Made by a program: the position numbers and the translations under genes. Under the pieces are notes generated by a model. That model saw only the letters and a program-made list of their open reading frames with translations. It was not told the origin of the DNA and made no database searches. Shown here one piece after another: positions 9,646 to 19,404 of a stretch of 64,000 bases of DNA; position 1 is the stretch's first letter, and the number at the start of each line of letters is the position of its first letter. The stretch is from Acidobacteriota bacterium (GTDB taxonomy: Bacteria > Acidobacteriota > Thermoanaerobaculia > UBA5066 > Gp7-AA6): assembly GCA_020199905.1 (NCBI GenBank), contig JAIVJS010000071.1, forward strand, positions 8,668-72,667, given 5' to 3'.

Positions 9646-11421
9646 TCAGTGCGCGGAGGCGCGGACGGGCCCGGAGGGCGGCTCGCTCTGCGGCCAGTGG
9701 TCGTCGGCGCGCTCGGGCGCGGAGTACTCGTACGGCCCGCGATAGACGGTCGGGATCTCGGTGAAGTTCTCGTGCGGCGGAGGCGATGGCGTCTGCCACT
9801 CGAGCGTATTCGCCCGCCAGGGGTTGGGTCCCGCCACCTTGCCGCGGCGCATCGAAAGAAAGAAGTTCACGACGAGGATGACCTGGGCGGCGCCGAGCAC
9901 GAAGAGCGACAGGGTCATGAACTGATTCATCGGCTGCAGGTCTTTCAGATGCTCGTATTCGGTGTACGTGTAGATCCGGCGCTGCATGCCCCGCATCCCG
10001 AGGAAGTGCATCGGGAAGAAGACGAGGTTGAAGGTGATGAAGGTCAGCGCCCAGTGCACCTTTCCCCAGGTGTCATTCATCATCCGGCCGAACATCTTCG
10101 GGTACCAGAAATAGAGGCCGGCAAACGCGCCGAACAGCGAGCCGCCGAAGAGCACGTAGTGGATGTGCCCGACGATGAAGTAGGTGTCGTGAATGAAGAT
10201 GTCGACCGGCGTCGAGGCCATGAAGATCCCCGAGAGCCCGCCGATGACGAACATCGAGACGAACGACAGCGCCATCAGCATGGGGGTCGTGAACCGGATG
10301 CTGCCGCCCCAGAGCGTGCCGAGCCAGTTGAACGTCTTGATCGCCGACGGCACCGCGATGACCATCGTCGAGATCATGAACGTCGTGCCGAGGAGGGGGT
10401 TCATGCCGCTCTGGAACATGTGGTGCCCCCAGACGATGAACCCGAGCCCGGCGATCCCGATCATCGAGTACGCCATCGCCCGGTAGCCGAAGACGGGCTT
10501 GCGGGAGAAGACGGGCAGGACCTCCGAGGTGATGCCCATCGCGGGCAGGATCATGATGTAGACCTCGGGGTGGCCGAAGAACCAGAACAGGTGCTGCCAC
10601 AGGAGCGCCTGGCCTCCCCCGGCGTTCTTCAGCGGCTGGCCGGAAACGACGAGGCCGGCGGGGAGGAAGAAGGTGGTCCCGAGGACCCGGTCGAAGAGCA
10701 GCATGATCATCGCGCCCGAGAGGACCGGGAGGGCGAGGAGCAGCAGGATCGCCGTGATGAAGAGGGCCCACGTCGTGAGCGGCATGCGGAAGAAGGTCAT
10801 CCCCGGCGCCCGCATGTTGATGATCGTGGTGATGAAGTTGACCGAGGTCAGCAGTGACGAGAGGCCGAGGATCAGCAGCGCGATGAGCCAGAGCGTCTGC
10901 CCTTTCGGCTGGATCGCCGAGAGCGGGGCGTAGGAGGTCCAGCCGCCCGCCGCCGCGCCTCCCGTCACGAAGAACGACCAGATGATCACGACCGCGCCCG
11001 GCACCGCGGTCCAGAACGACGCCATGTTCAGGACCGGGAAGGCCATGTCGCGCGCGCCGATCTGGATCGGCACGACGAAGTTGCCGAACGCGCCGATCAA
11101 GATCGGCATGATCGCGAAGAAGATCATGATGGTCGCGTGCATCGTGAAGAGCGAGTTGTAGAACTCGGGAAGCATGTGCCCGCCGGGCATTCCCTCCGGC
11201 GCGAGCTTGCCCATGAAGGGGATGGCCTTCGTCGGCCAGGCGAGCTGCCAGCGCACGAGAATCGCGAGCAGGCCGCCCACGATCAGCATGAAGAGCGCGT
11301 AGAACATGTACTGCTTCCCGATCACCTTGTGGTCGAGCGAGAAGATGTACTTCCTCCAGAACGAGGTCGGGGCCGCGTGGACCCCGGGAGCGTGTTCGTG
11401 TGCGACGGCGACGGTGCTCAT
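9646..11421 (-). CDS. ctaD: cytochrome c oxidase subunit I, A1 type
   Basis: DHKVIG, TMHATIM, WFFGHPEVY, WGHHMF, HDTYFIVGHIHY. Confidence 0.97.
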   Translation of the reverse strand: MSTVAVAHEHAPGVHAAPTSFWRKYIFSLDHKVIGKQYMFYALFMLIVGGLLAILVRWQLAWPTKAIPFMGKLAPEGMPGGHMLPEFYNSLFTMHATIMIFFAIMPILIGAFGNFVVPIQIGARDMAFPVLNMASFWTAVPGAVVIIWSFFVTGGAAAGGWTSYAPLSAIQPKGQTLWLIALLILGLSSLLTSVNFITTIINMRAPGMTFFRMPLTTWALFITAILLLLALPVLSGAMIMLLFDRVLGTTFFLPAGLVVSGQPLKNAGGGQALLWQHLFWFFGHPEVYIMILPAMGITSEVLPVFSRKPVFGYRAMAYSMIGIAGLGFIVWGHHMFQSGMNPLLGTTFMISTMVIAVPSAIKTFNWLGTLWGGSIRFTTPMLMALSFVSMFVIGGLSGIFMASTPVDIFIHDTYFIVGHIHYVLFGGSLFGAFAGLYFWYPKMFGRMMNDTWGKVHWALTFITFNLVFFPMHFLGMRGMQRRIYTYTEYEHLKDLQPMNQFMTLSLFVLGAAQVILVVNFFLSMRRGKVAGPNPWRANTLEWQTPSPPPHENFTEIPTVYRGPYEYSAPERADDHWPQSEPPSGPVRASAH

Positions 11422-11425
11422 GTCC

Positions 11426-12181
11426 TCAGTTTCTCCCGGGTTTGAGTGGCGGCGTCGGTTTGGCGGGGACCCCCTTCATCCGGTAGTGGCCGAGACCGCA
11501 GAGCTCGGCGCACGCGATCTCCCAGTGGCCGGTTCGCATGCCGTCGAACCAGATCCGCGTGGACATCCCGGGGACCGCGTCCTGCTTGACGCGGAACTCC
11601 GGAAGGAAGAAGGAGTGAATGACGTCCTTCGAGCGCAGAGTGGCGACCACGGGCCGGCCGACGGGAAAGTGCAGCTGATTCAGCGACACGATGTCGTCGG
11701 GTGTCCCGAACTTCCCGTCGGCGCCGGGATACTGGATCGTCCAGGAGAACTGCTCCCCCGTGATCTCGATCGGCAGCGCGTTGGCCGGCATGTTCTGCTT
11801 GATGTCGGCCCAGGTGCGGCGCGAGAGCAGCGCGAGCACGACACAGATCAAGGCGGGGATGATCGTCCAGATGACTTCGATCCGGTTGTTCCCGTGCGTG
11901 TACGTCGCCTTTCGGCCCTCGCGATGCCGGTACCGGAAGAGAAAGTAGAGCAGCATCGCCTCGACGATCACGAAGACGATCCCCGTGATCCAGAGAATCA
12001 GGCGGAACATGCCGTCGATCCGGGCGCTGTAGCTCGAAACGCCTTCCGGGAGCTGGAGCCAGCGGGGCAGCTCCGCCGCGCGGACGGCCGCCGCCGCGAA
12101 GAGCGCCGCGATGGAGAAAAGCCCCGTCCGGAGAGGCCTCCGGGCGGCGCGGACCGGTCCGAGTGCGTGCGTCTGCATCAC
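11426..12181 (-). CDS. ctaC: cytochrome c oxidase subunit II (C-terminus possibly truncated)
   Basis: DVIHSF and CAELCGLGHYRM CuA motif; the usual terminal strand/helix after MKG is absent. Confidence 0.92.
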   Translation of the reverse strand: MMQTHALGPVRAARRPLRTGLFSIAALFAAAAVRAAELPRWLQLPEGVSSYSARIDGMFRLILWITGIVFVIVEAMLLYFLFRYRHREGRKATYTHGNNRIEVIWTIIPALICVVLALLSRRTWADIKQNMPANALPIEITGEQFSWTIQYPGADGKFGTPDDIVSLNQLHFPVGRPVVATLRSKDVIHSFFLPEFRVKQDAVPGMSTRIWFDGMRTGHWEIACAELCGLGHYRMKGVPAKPTPPLKPGRN

Positions 12182-12203
12182 GGCGTGCGGCGTGGCCGGG
12201 GCG

Positions 12204-13010
12204 CTAACCCTTGAACCCGAAGTCGACCGTCTTCGTTTCCGTTCCGCTGACCGTCACGCTCGAGGTCTGCGTGCCGTACTTCTCATGCCACGCCTCGACC
12301 GTGTAGGTCCCGGGCGGCAGATTCTTGATCTCGAAGGTGCCCTGGTCGCTCGTCGTCGCGAAGAAGGGATGGGTGAAGACGCCGGCGTAGGCGCCCATCC
12401 ACTTGTGGACGTCGCACTTGAAGCGGACCGGGACCTCGGGCTTGTCGAACTTCTTGATCGTCTCCATTTTCGGGAACGGCTGGCCGATGTTGAACTCGGC
12501 GTTCACCTTCGGCAGCGCGTGGATGTTGTGGAGAGTCCCGTCGCTGTTGATGATCTTCAGGTCCTGCCCGGCCTGCAGACCGAACACGTGCGGGTGGTAC
12601 TGGCAGCCGCGCTGGTCCAGAGTGACCGCGGTCGTCGGAGCGGGGAACTTGCCCTGCACGTCCTTGACGTAGACCAGCACCCAGTCGAGAGTGCCGTTCG
12701 CGTTGACGACGGCCTCCTCCGTGTAGACGGGGGCGCTGTGCGCCGACTTGCAGAAGGCGTCCGCGTCCATCTTGATCGTCTCTTTCGCGGGGCTGCCGCC
12801 CGTGAAGGTGACCTTTCCGGTGAGCGTGGCGCCGCCCGTGGCGGGCGCGGCCGCCGGAGCGGTCCCGCCGGCGGGGGCCGCCGCGGCCGATTTCGCGGCG
12901 GGAGTGGCGTCTTCGTCCGCCTCCGCGTCCTCGTCTTTGCCGCCGCAGGCGGTCAGAGAGAGAGCGAGCGCGGGGACGAGAAGAAAAAGAAGCAGGGATC
13001 GCTTGAGCAT
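12204..13010 (-). CDS. cupredoxin-like lipoprotein with a carboxypeptidase-regulatory-like domain
   Basis: lipobox LTAC, LDQRGCQYHPH, HNIH, CDVHKWM Cu-site pattern, LPPGTYTVEAWHE; first gene of the cox operon. Confidence 0.75.
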   Translation of the reverse strand: MLKRSLLLFLLVPALALSLTACGGKDEDAEADEDATPAAKSAAAAPAGGTAPAAAPATGGATLTGKVTFTGGSPAKETIKMDADAFCKSAHSAPVYTEEAVVNANGTLDWVLVYVKDVQGKFPAPTTAVTLDQRGCQYHPHVFGLQAGQDLKIINSDGTLHNIHALPKVNAEFNIGQPFPKMETIKKFDKPEVPVRFKCDVHKWMGAYAGVFTHPFFATTSDQGTFEIKNLPPGTYTVEAWHEKYGTQTSSVTVSGTETKTVDFGFKG

Positions 13011-13179
13011 CGATTCTCTCCTTGACGCCTTGCGAGGCGTTGCGACGTCGAATCCCTGGGAAGTCCCCGCGCCGGCGGCCTTCGAAGGGGCAGTCCGGGC
13101 GCCGAGATCGAGTGGGTCATGAGGTCGCGCGGATCATATAGAACGATCCGGGCCCTTTCAAGAATTAGACTTCCGGCTC

Positions 13180-14274
13180 ATGCCGACGACGCTCGAGGCG
13201 GAGGGGCTCGCCCGCTCGTGGGGCGAGCGCCGGATCTTTTCGGGCATCTCGCTCCAGGCCGAACGGGGCGTGGTCGGGATCGCGGGCGAGAACGGAAGCG
13301 GGAAGACGACTCTGCTGAAGATTCTCGCCTCGCTGCTGCGGCCGGATTCCGGGTCTGTGCGGATCCGCAGAGGCGGGAAGGATCTCTCGGGAGACGCGCG
13401 GCGCCGGGCGATCGGCTGGGCCGGTCCGGACCTCGCCTTCTACGACGAGCTCACGGCGGCGGAAAACCTCGCGTTCTTTCGCGCCGCGGGGGGCTGCCCC
13501 GCGCCGGATCCGGAGATTCGCGACCGCCTCTCGCGCGTCGGGCTGACGCCGGCCTCGGGGCGCGCCGTCGGCGCCTTCTCCACGGGGATGAGGCAGCGCC
13601 TCTCCTCCTTTCTCTCCCGCGCCTGGGCCGTCTGCGCCAAGGACGCCGCCACGGAACTCCGGCGGCGAGTCGCGACGGCCTCCGTCCTCTTCTTCGCGGC
13701 CGCCTGCCTGACGCTCGTTTCCTTCGCGATCGGCCCCTTCGGGGTCCCGCCCGAAGCGCGGGAGACCGTTTTCTCCGCCCTCCTCTGGGTCGTCCTGTTC
13801 TTCTCGGCCGCCACGGGCCTGCCCCGCGCGTTCGTCCGCGAGGAAGAGAGCGGCACCGCGCTCGCCCTTCGCCGCGTCGCGCCCGCCGCCCCCGTCCTCG
13901 CTGGAAAGACGCTTTTCAACTTCCTGCTCTTCTGCGCGATCGCGCTCGTGACGGCCCCGGCCTTCGCGCTGCTGCTCGGCTGGCAGATCGCGTCTCCGGC
14001 CTCGCTCGCGGGGGTCCTCCTCCTGGCGGGGTTCGGGCTCTCCGTCGTATCGACGTTTCTTTCCGCTTTGGTCGCCCGCGCCTCGCACAAGAGCGTGCTG
14101 TTCGTGCTCGTCTCCTTCCCCATCGTCGCGCCGCTTCTTCTCTCGGCCATCGCGGCGACCGTGGCCGCCTCGCGGGGCGAAGCTCCGTGGACTGCCCTGC
14201 GCGTCCTCGTGGCTTACGACGGCGCCGCCGCCTGCGGGGCGTATCTGCTCGCCGGAGCCGCGTGGGATGAATGA
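13180..14274 (+). CDS. ccmA/ccmB: ccmA N-terminus joined in frame to ccmB (heme exporter ATPase/permease); junction at ~13603 likely an artefact
   Basis: Walker A GENGSGKTT and FSTGMRQRL signature, no Walker B, then directly CcmB-like AVCAKDAATELRRR...REEESGT. Confidence 0.8.
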   Translation: MPTTLEAEGLARSWGERRIFSGISLQAERGVVGIAGENGSGKTTLLKILASLLRPDSGSVRIRRGGKDLSGDARRRAIGWAGPDLAFYDELTAAENLAFFRAAGGCPAPDPEIRDRLSRVGLTPASGRAVGAFSTGMRQRLSSFLSRAWAVCAKDAATELRRRVATASVLFFAAACLTLVSFAIGPFGVPPEARETVFSALLWVVLFFSAATGLPRAFVREEESGTALALRRVAPAAPVLAGKTLFNFLLFCAIALVTAPAFALLLGWQIASPASLAGVLLLAGFGLSVVSTFLSALVARASHKSVLFVLVSFPIVAPLLLSAIAATVAASRGEAPWTALRVLVAYDGAAACGAYLLAGAAWDE

Positions 14275-14353
14275 CCCGGAGGAATGGTTGAGCGTCGGGC
14301 GTTGAGCGTTCCCTCGGACGCCTCCCGCCTGCCGACTCCGCTTTATGTAAGCT

Positions 14354-15235
14354 TTGCCTCATGCAAACCGCGGAAACCTGCCGGAGGGCTCTCTGAGCTC
14401 GAAAGCGGGACAGCTCGACGCCGCGGCCGGGGACACGATCCTGCGGGAGGGCGAGACCGGCCGCGAGATGTACATCGTCGAGCAGGGCCGCGTCGAGGTG
14501 GTTTCCGGCCCTCCGGGAAGCGAACGGCAGCTCGGAGTCCTCGAGGCCGGGGACTTCTTCGGCGAGATGGCGATCTTAGACGACCAGCCGCGCGGCGCCA
14601 CCGTCCGCGCGCTGACGGCCTGCCGGTTTCTCCGCATCGACGAGGCGACGTTCGACCGGATGCTGCGGGAGTATCCCGAGATCGCGGTCCGGATGCTGCG
14701 CAAGCTCTCCGCGCGGCTGCGCCAGGCGTCCGCGAACCCGGAGATCGTCAGGCCCCCGTCGGCAGAGCTTCCCGCGCCGGTCTCGAAGCCGGACTCCCCG
14801 GCGGCAAGCTCGCCGCCGGCTCCGCTCGCGGCCGCAACCACGTCTCCGGCTCCGGAAGCCCCGGCGGCGGCGAGCGCGCCACCAGGCGTCTCCGCTCCCG
14901 CGCCGTCCGACGTCGGGGGCGTTCTCGTCGCCGTCCAGAGCGGGATGCGGTTCGTGCTCCCCTCCACGGACGAGATCAAGGTCGGCCGTTTCGATGCGGT
15001 GACCGGGGTCCATCCCGACGTGGACCTGACTTCGGTCGACACGAACAAGCTGACGAGCCGCCGCCACGCGCGCCTCGTGCGGGACCGCGGAAAGTTTCTT
15101 CTGAACGAGGAGATCGGCACGCCCAACGGCACGTTCGTCAATGAAACGCGCCTCCAGACCGGCGTGCCTGTGGCGCTCTCCCCCGGGGATCGCGTGCGCT
15201 TCGGCGACGTCGAGATGATCTTCCAGGCCGGGTAA
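14354..15235 (+). CDS. cNMP-binding domain + Pro-rich linker + FHA domain protein
   Basis: GDFFGEMAILDDQPRGAT (cNMP fold); VGR...SRRHA...NGTFVN (FHA); start uncertain. Confidence 0.88.
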   Translation: MPHANRGNLPEGSLSSKAGQLDAAAGDTILREGETGREMYIVEQGRVEVVSGPPGSERQLGVLEAGDFFGEMAILDDQPRGATVRALTACRFLRIDEATFDRMLREYPEIAVRMLRKLSARLRQASANPEIVRPPSAELPAPVSKPDSPAASSPPAPLAAATTSPAPEAPAAASAPPGVSAPAPSDVGGVLVAVQSGMRFVLPSTDEIKVGRFDAVTGVHPDVDLTSVDTNKLTSRRHARLVRDRGKFLLNEEIGTPNGTFVNETRLQTGVPVALSPGDRVRFGDVEMIFQAG

Positions 15236-15253
15236 AGGGAAACGGAGCACGTC

Positions 15254-15757
15254 CTGGAGATCCGCGAGAGTCAGCGCGAGGGTTTCGTGGTCTTGGAGCT
15301 CGCCGGCCGGCTCGAGACGAAGACCGCGCACGCCTTCGAGCAGAAAGTCATCGAGCACCTGAGCGCGGGCGCGAGGCAGTTCGTCATCGACTTCAAGGAG
15401 GTCGAGTTCGTCAGCAGCGCCGGTCTTCGCGTCCTGCTCATGCTCGCCAAGAAGATCGGGGTCCGAGAAGGCACGGGTGCGCTGGCCCTCTCCTCCGTCA
15501 ACGACGCCGTGAAGCAGGTCCTGGACGTGTCCGGCTTCGCTTCCTTCTTCACTCTCGCCGCTTCGCCGGAGGCGGCGATCCAGGAGGCGTCGCGCCGCGC
15601 CAGCTCTCCCAGGATCCTCGAGCAGGCGGCGCGGGTCCTCGGCGTCCGGAAGCCCCCGGCCGCCGGATCGGGCGGCAAGGCGCCCGACTCCGAGATTCTG
15701 AACCGTGCCGCGTCGATCCTGAGATCCGGTCCCGATCAGAAGCCGAAGAAGCGCTAG
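15254..15757 (+). CDS. STAS-domain anti-sigma factor antagonist (RsbV/SpoIIAA-like)
   Basis: VLELAGRLE...FVSSAGLRVL phospho-site motif; probable CTG start at 15254 (in-frame GTG at 15287). Confidence 0.88.
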   Translation: MEIRESQREGFVVLELAGRLETKTAHAFEQKVIEHLSAGARQFVIDFKEVEFVSSAGLRVLLMLAKKIGVREGTGALALSSVNDAVKQVLDVSGFASFFTLAASPEAAIQEASRRASSPRILEQAARVLGVRKPPAAGSGGKAPDSEILNRAASILRSGPDQKPKKR

Positions 15758-15773
15758 ACGTTTCGGCCGCGGC

Positions 15774-17495
15774 TCAGCGCGGGCGGGGGTTCTGCGGGGC
15801 GCCGACCGGCGCCGCCCCCGAGCGCCGCCGGGTAGAACCGATCGACACCGGCCCGAAGGCGAGCAGCGTCAGATCGTCGCTCTGCGGCTCCCCTTTCGAA
15901 AACTCCCGGACGGCGTCGAGAACGGCAGCGAGGACCTCCTCCGGAGATCCCGGAGCGGCCCGGACCGCCGCCCGGAGGCGCTCGTCACCGAACAGCTGCT
16001 CCCTACGCCCGACGGCCTCGGAAATTCCGTCGGTGTAGGCCAGCACCGTGTCGCCCTCCGTCAGATCGAAGCCGGCCGTCAAAAACTCCGCATCCTCCTG
16101 CGCGCCGAGCGGGGCGCTGTGCGGGGACGCGAGAACGACGAGCGCGCCATCCGCTCTCCGCAGGACCGGAGGCATGTGCCCCGCGCTCGCGACGGTCAGG
16201 CGCCGGCGCGCCGGGTCGAGAACGAGAAGGACCGCGGTGACGAACATCCCGTCGTCGGCCATGTCGCGGCAGATTGCGCGGTTGACGCGCGCGAGGATCT
16301 CTCCCGGGTCGGCCACACCGGCGGAGTGGTAGCGGACTTCTCCCCTCACCTTCACCATGTAGAGCGCCGCCGAGACTCCCTTCCCCGACACGTCGCCAAC
16401 CGCGATCCCGAGCCGGCCCCCGGGCAGATCCAGAAAATCGTAGTAATCGCCGCCCACCTCGAGCGCGGGCTGGTAGTGCGCCCGGAAGTCGAAGCCTTCG
16501 CGGCGCGGCGGGGTCCTGGGCAGAAACCCGAACTGGATCCGGCGCGCGAGCGCGAGGTCCTGGTCGAGGAGCTCGCGGTCTAGGATCTCCCTGTGAAGGC
16601 GGGCGTTCGCGATGGCGAGCGCGGTCTGCCCCGCGACGCCGACGAGCAGCGCCAGGTCCTCTTCGTCGAACGCGCCGCGCTCGTGCGTCGAGTCGAGGCC
16701 GACGATCCCGTAGACGCGGTCCCGGGCGATCAGCGGAACGCAGAGAACGGATCGGATCCCGGCGATACGGATGCTCTTCTGGATCGCGAAGCGGTCGTCG
16801 CTCGCGGCGTCGAGGCTCAGGACGCCCCGGCGCGTCGTCAGAGCCTCGGAGACGATCGTGCGGCTGATCGCGATTTCGGACCTTTCGCCCGATCTCGTGC
16901 GGACCGAGCGCGACTGGAGCTCCTCCTCCCCCTCCCGCACCATGACGAAGCCGCGCTCCGCCTGCGGGAAGACCTCGAACAGCTTCTCGAGAATCGCGCG
17001 GAACATCGCGTCCTCGTCGACGGTTTCCGAGATCGCCGTCGCGATGCTCGACAGGACCTGGAGCTTTCGCCGCGCGCGGCCGAGCGCCTTCGCGTCCTTC
17101 TCGGGGCCGACGGCCCAGGCCGCCTCGGGATCTTCGGCCGGGAGGCTTCGAATCACAGACTGCAAGCGGTCGCTCAGCGTGACGACGGACATCCGGCGCT
17201 CCGCCGGCTTGGCCGCCGTCCCCCGCCGGAATTCGAGGAAGACCTCTCCCAGGCGGACCTGATCGCCGTCGCGAAGCCGCGTGAGGCGGGCCGCGGAGCG
17301 TCCGTTCACGCCCGTGCCGTTCTGGCTGCCGAGATCGCGGATCCACCATTCCCGGTTCTGCCGGGTCATCGCGGCATGCCGCCGCGAGATGGTGGGATCC
17401 TCGATCGACAGGCCGGACTCGAGACCTCGCCCGATCTCGATGTCGGATGAGAACTCGTACCGGCGTCCGGTCTTTTTCGCTATGAAAGTGGGCAT
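15774..17495 (-). CDS. FHA-GAF-PP2C (SpoIIE/RsbU-like) phosphatase
   Basis: IGR..SRRH..NGT FHA; GAF (SVLCVPL); EVGGDYYD, GDVSGKG, YTDGISEA, SDDLT. Confidence 0.93.
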   Translation of the reverse strand: MPTFIAKKTGRRYEFSSDIEIGRGLESGLSIEDPTISRRHAAMTRQNREWWIRDLGSQNGTGVNGRSAARLTRLRDGDQVRLGEVFLEFRRGTAAKPAERRMSVVTLSDRLQSVIRSLPAEDPEAAWAVGPEKDAKALGRARRKLQVLSSIATAISETVDEDAMFRAILEKLFEVFPQAERGFVMVREGEEELQSRSVRTRSGERSEIAISRTIVSEALTTRRGVLSLDAASDDRFAIQKSIRIAGIRSVLCVPLIARDRVYGIVGLDSTHERGAFDEEDLALLVGVAGQTALAIANARLHREILDRELLDQDLALARRIQFGFLPRTPPRREGFDFRAHYQPALEVGGDYYDFLDLPGGRLGIAVGDVSGKGVSAALYMVKVRGEVRYHSAGVADPGEILARVNRAICRDMADDGMFVTAVLLVLDPARRRLTVASAGHMPPVLRRADGALVVLASPHSAPLGAQEDAEFLTAGFDLTEGDTVLAYTDGISEAVGRREQLFGDERLRAAVRAAPGSPEEVLAAVLDAVREFSKGEPQSDDLTLLAFGPVSIGSTRRRSGAAPVGAPQNPRPR

Positions 17496-17693
17496 TCGGC
17501 GGTGCGCGGAGCTCCGATTCGACCGTCAGGGAGAGCCCTTCGATTATAGCCGGGGGTACTTCGGGAAGGCCTTTGAGCATTTTCAGACGCGCGGGGGGGC
17601 GCGCGCCCAAAAACGGCGCGCGTCTCTTCCGCGAGTACGCGGGGCGCCGCTCGGGGCCTCGAAGTGTAGGATTTCCCCCGAAAGAGAGAGCGC

Positions 17694-18806
17694 ATGCGAG
17701 AAGACCTCGGCCAGATCGACGTCTCGATGATCGCGGACCTCGCGAGAATCAAGAAAGAGGAGGAGCTCCTCGAGGAGCGACTCGTCAAGATGGAGGCCGG
17801 GAAACAGAAGGTCTCCGCAAAGGTCTACCGGCGCGTGCGGGAGGACTACGAGTCCCGCCAGGCGTCTTTCCGCAACGAATCGATCCCCCTCCAGGACCGC
17901 GCGAGGCGCGAGTACCAGAAGCTGCGCGAGATCCGCGGAAAAGTCGAAGCGTCGCTCGAAGAGGTCGCCCTCGAGAAGGAAGAGCTCGAGTTCCGGCGCG
18001 ACCTCGGCGAGTACGCCGACGGGCAGTTTCAGGAGCGCCTCCACGAGTGCGAACAGCGCCTGGCGGAGCAGCGGGGCGAGCTCGAGCGGATCGACTCGAT
18101 GGGAAAGGACTTTCTGGACGCCTTCCACTCGGAAAAGGATCTGGAGACTCCTTCCTCCGAACCCGCGGCGGCTCCGGAGGCCACCGCATCCAAACCCGCG
18201 GCGCCGGCCCCGCCCGCGGGAGACGCCACGGCGATCCGCCCGTCTCCCTCCCTCACCCTTCCCTCGCAGCCGCTCGCCACCCCGTCGGAGGCGCTGCGCC
18301 CCGCCGGCGCGGCCCCCGGCGCCGAGCCGTCCGTCAGTGAGACCGTCATCGGGAGCGGCACGGCGAAAGGGGCGCCCCCTGCTTCTCCCGATGCCACCCG
18401 CATCGACGCGAGGGTGCGGGACTCGGTGGCCGCGACCCGGCCGCAGACCGTTCCGACGATGCGGACGGGGCCGCCGCCTCCGCCCGCCGGCCCTCCTCCC
18501 GCCGCGACGACGGCCCTCCCTCGCCCGAGGCTTCTCATCCCGGGCGAAGGCGGCACGAGTCGGGAGCATGTCCTCGCCCCCGGGACCACGTCGATCGGAC
18601 GGTCCCCCAAGAGCGACCTCTGCCTGCCGCAGGGCGAGGTCTCGCGGCACCACGCGGACATCAGCTTCGGCCCCGATGGCTACAAGGTGCTCGACATGGG
18701 GTCGCCCAACGGAATCTTCGTCAACGGGAAGCGGGTCAAAGAGCAGCTCCTCGCCGAAGGCGACGTCATCCTCATCGGGATGCAGAAGTTGACCTATCGG
18801 GCGTGA
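17694..18806 (+). CDS. coiled-coil + Pro/Thr-rich linker + FHA domain protein
   Basis: E/K/R-rich helical N-terminus; C-terminal SIGRSP..VSRHHA..SPNGIFVNG. Confidence 0.85.
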   Translation: MREDLGQIDVSMIADLARIKKEEELLEERLVKMEAGKQKVSAKVYRRVREDYESRQASFRNESIPLQDRARREYQKLREIRGKVEASLEEVALEKEELEFRRDLGEYADGQFQERLHECEQRLAEQRGELERIDSMGKDFLDAFHSEKDLETPSSEPAAAPEATASKPAAPAPPAGDATAIRPSPSLTLPSQPLATPSEALRPAGAAPGAEPSVSETVIGSGTAKGAPPASPDATRIDARVRDSVAATRPQTVPTMRTGPPPPPAGPPPAATTALPRPRLLIPGEGGTSREHVLAPGTTSIGRSPKSDLCLPQGEVSRHHADISFGPDGYKVLDMGSPNGIFVNGKRVKEQLLAEGDVILIGMQKLTYRA

Positions 18807-18878
18807 GGGAATTTGAGAATCCGGTCTTGAGCGTCGAGCATCAGACCGGGAACGCTCAACCCTTCGATTCCCGATCTC

Positions 18879-18929
18879 GTTGACCGCGGAGTACCGCGGC
18901 CGTCTCCCTCCCGTCGGTCGCTCGGCTCC
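18879..18929 (+). repeat. 51-bp palindromic intergenic repeat, copy 2
   Basis: GTTGACCGCGGAGTACCGCGGCCGTCTCCCTCCCGTCGGTCGCTCGGCTCC between convergent genes. Confidence 0.9.
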
Positions 18930-18951
18930 CGATTCCCGGCTCCGGTCCCGC

Positions 18952-19404
18952 TTACAGCCCTCCGCCTTCCGCGCTCAGCGCCTGGCGCCCCAGTCTTTTC
19001 CTCAAGATGAGCCGGTTCCTCCCTCGCCGGCGCTCGTAGTGCTGCTCGTCGGTCAGTTTCTTCACGATCAGGATCCCCAGGCCGCCGATCGGACGGCCCT
19101 CGAGGGGGGCCGACGTATCCGGGTCCGCGCGCCCGAGCACGTCGAAAGCCCGGCCGTCGTCGGTGAACAGCATCTCCAGATATCCGCCCTGGACCGCCGC
19201 GGAGAATTCGACGCGGCGGCCGGCCGGACTCTTCCAGGCGTGCCGGCCGATGTTGGCAAGGATCTCGTCGAGGATCACGAGGACGTCCGAGCGCACGCGC
19301 CGGGGGAGGCCGCGTTCTTTCGCGAATCTCTCGAACCGCTCCGCGGCGCGGGTCCGCCCCGCTTCGGTGGCGGGCAGACGCAGCCGGAGCGGAGGGGCCT
19401 TCAC
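18952..19404 (-). CDS. anti-sigma factor / Ser kinase (RsbW-like HATPase)
   Basis: LDEILANIGRHA, TDDGRAFD, GGLGILIVKKLTD; GTG start 19404 coupled (GTGA) to the upstream gene. Confidence 0.9.
   Translation of the reverse strand: MKAPPLRLRLPATEAGRTRAAERFERFAKERGLPRRVRSDVLVILDEILANIGRHAWKSPAGRRVEFSAAVQGGYLEMLFTDDGRAFDVLGRADPDTSAPLEGRPIGGLGILIVKKLTDEQHYERRRGRNRLILRKRLGRQALSAEGGGL

Noticed and set aside
13180..14274. Natural CcmA-CcmB fusion protein
   Set aside because: The ATPase lacks Walker B and the H-loop, and the junction resembles other deletion artefacts in the window
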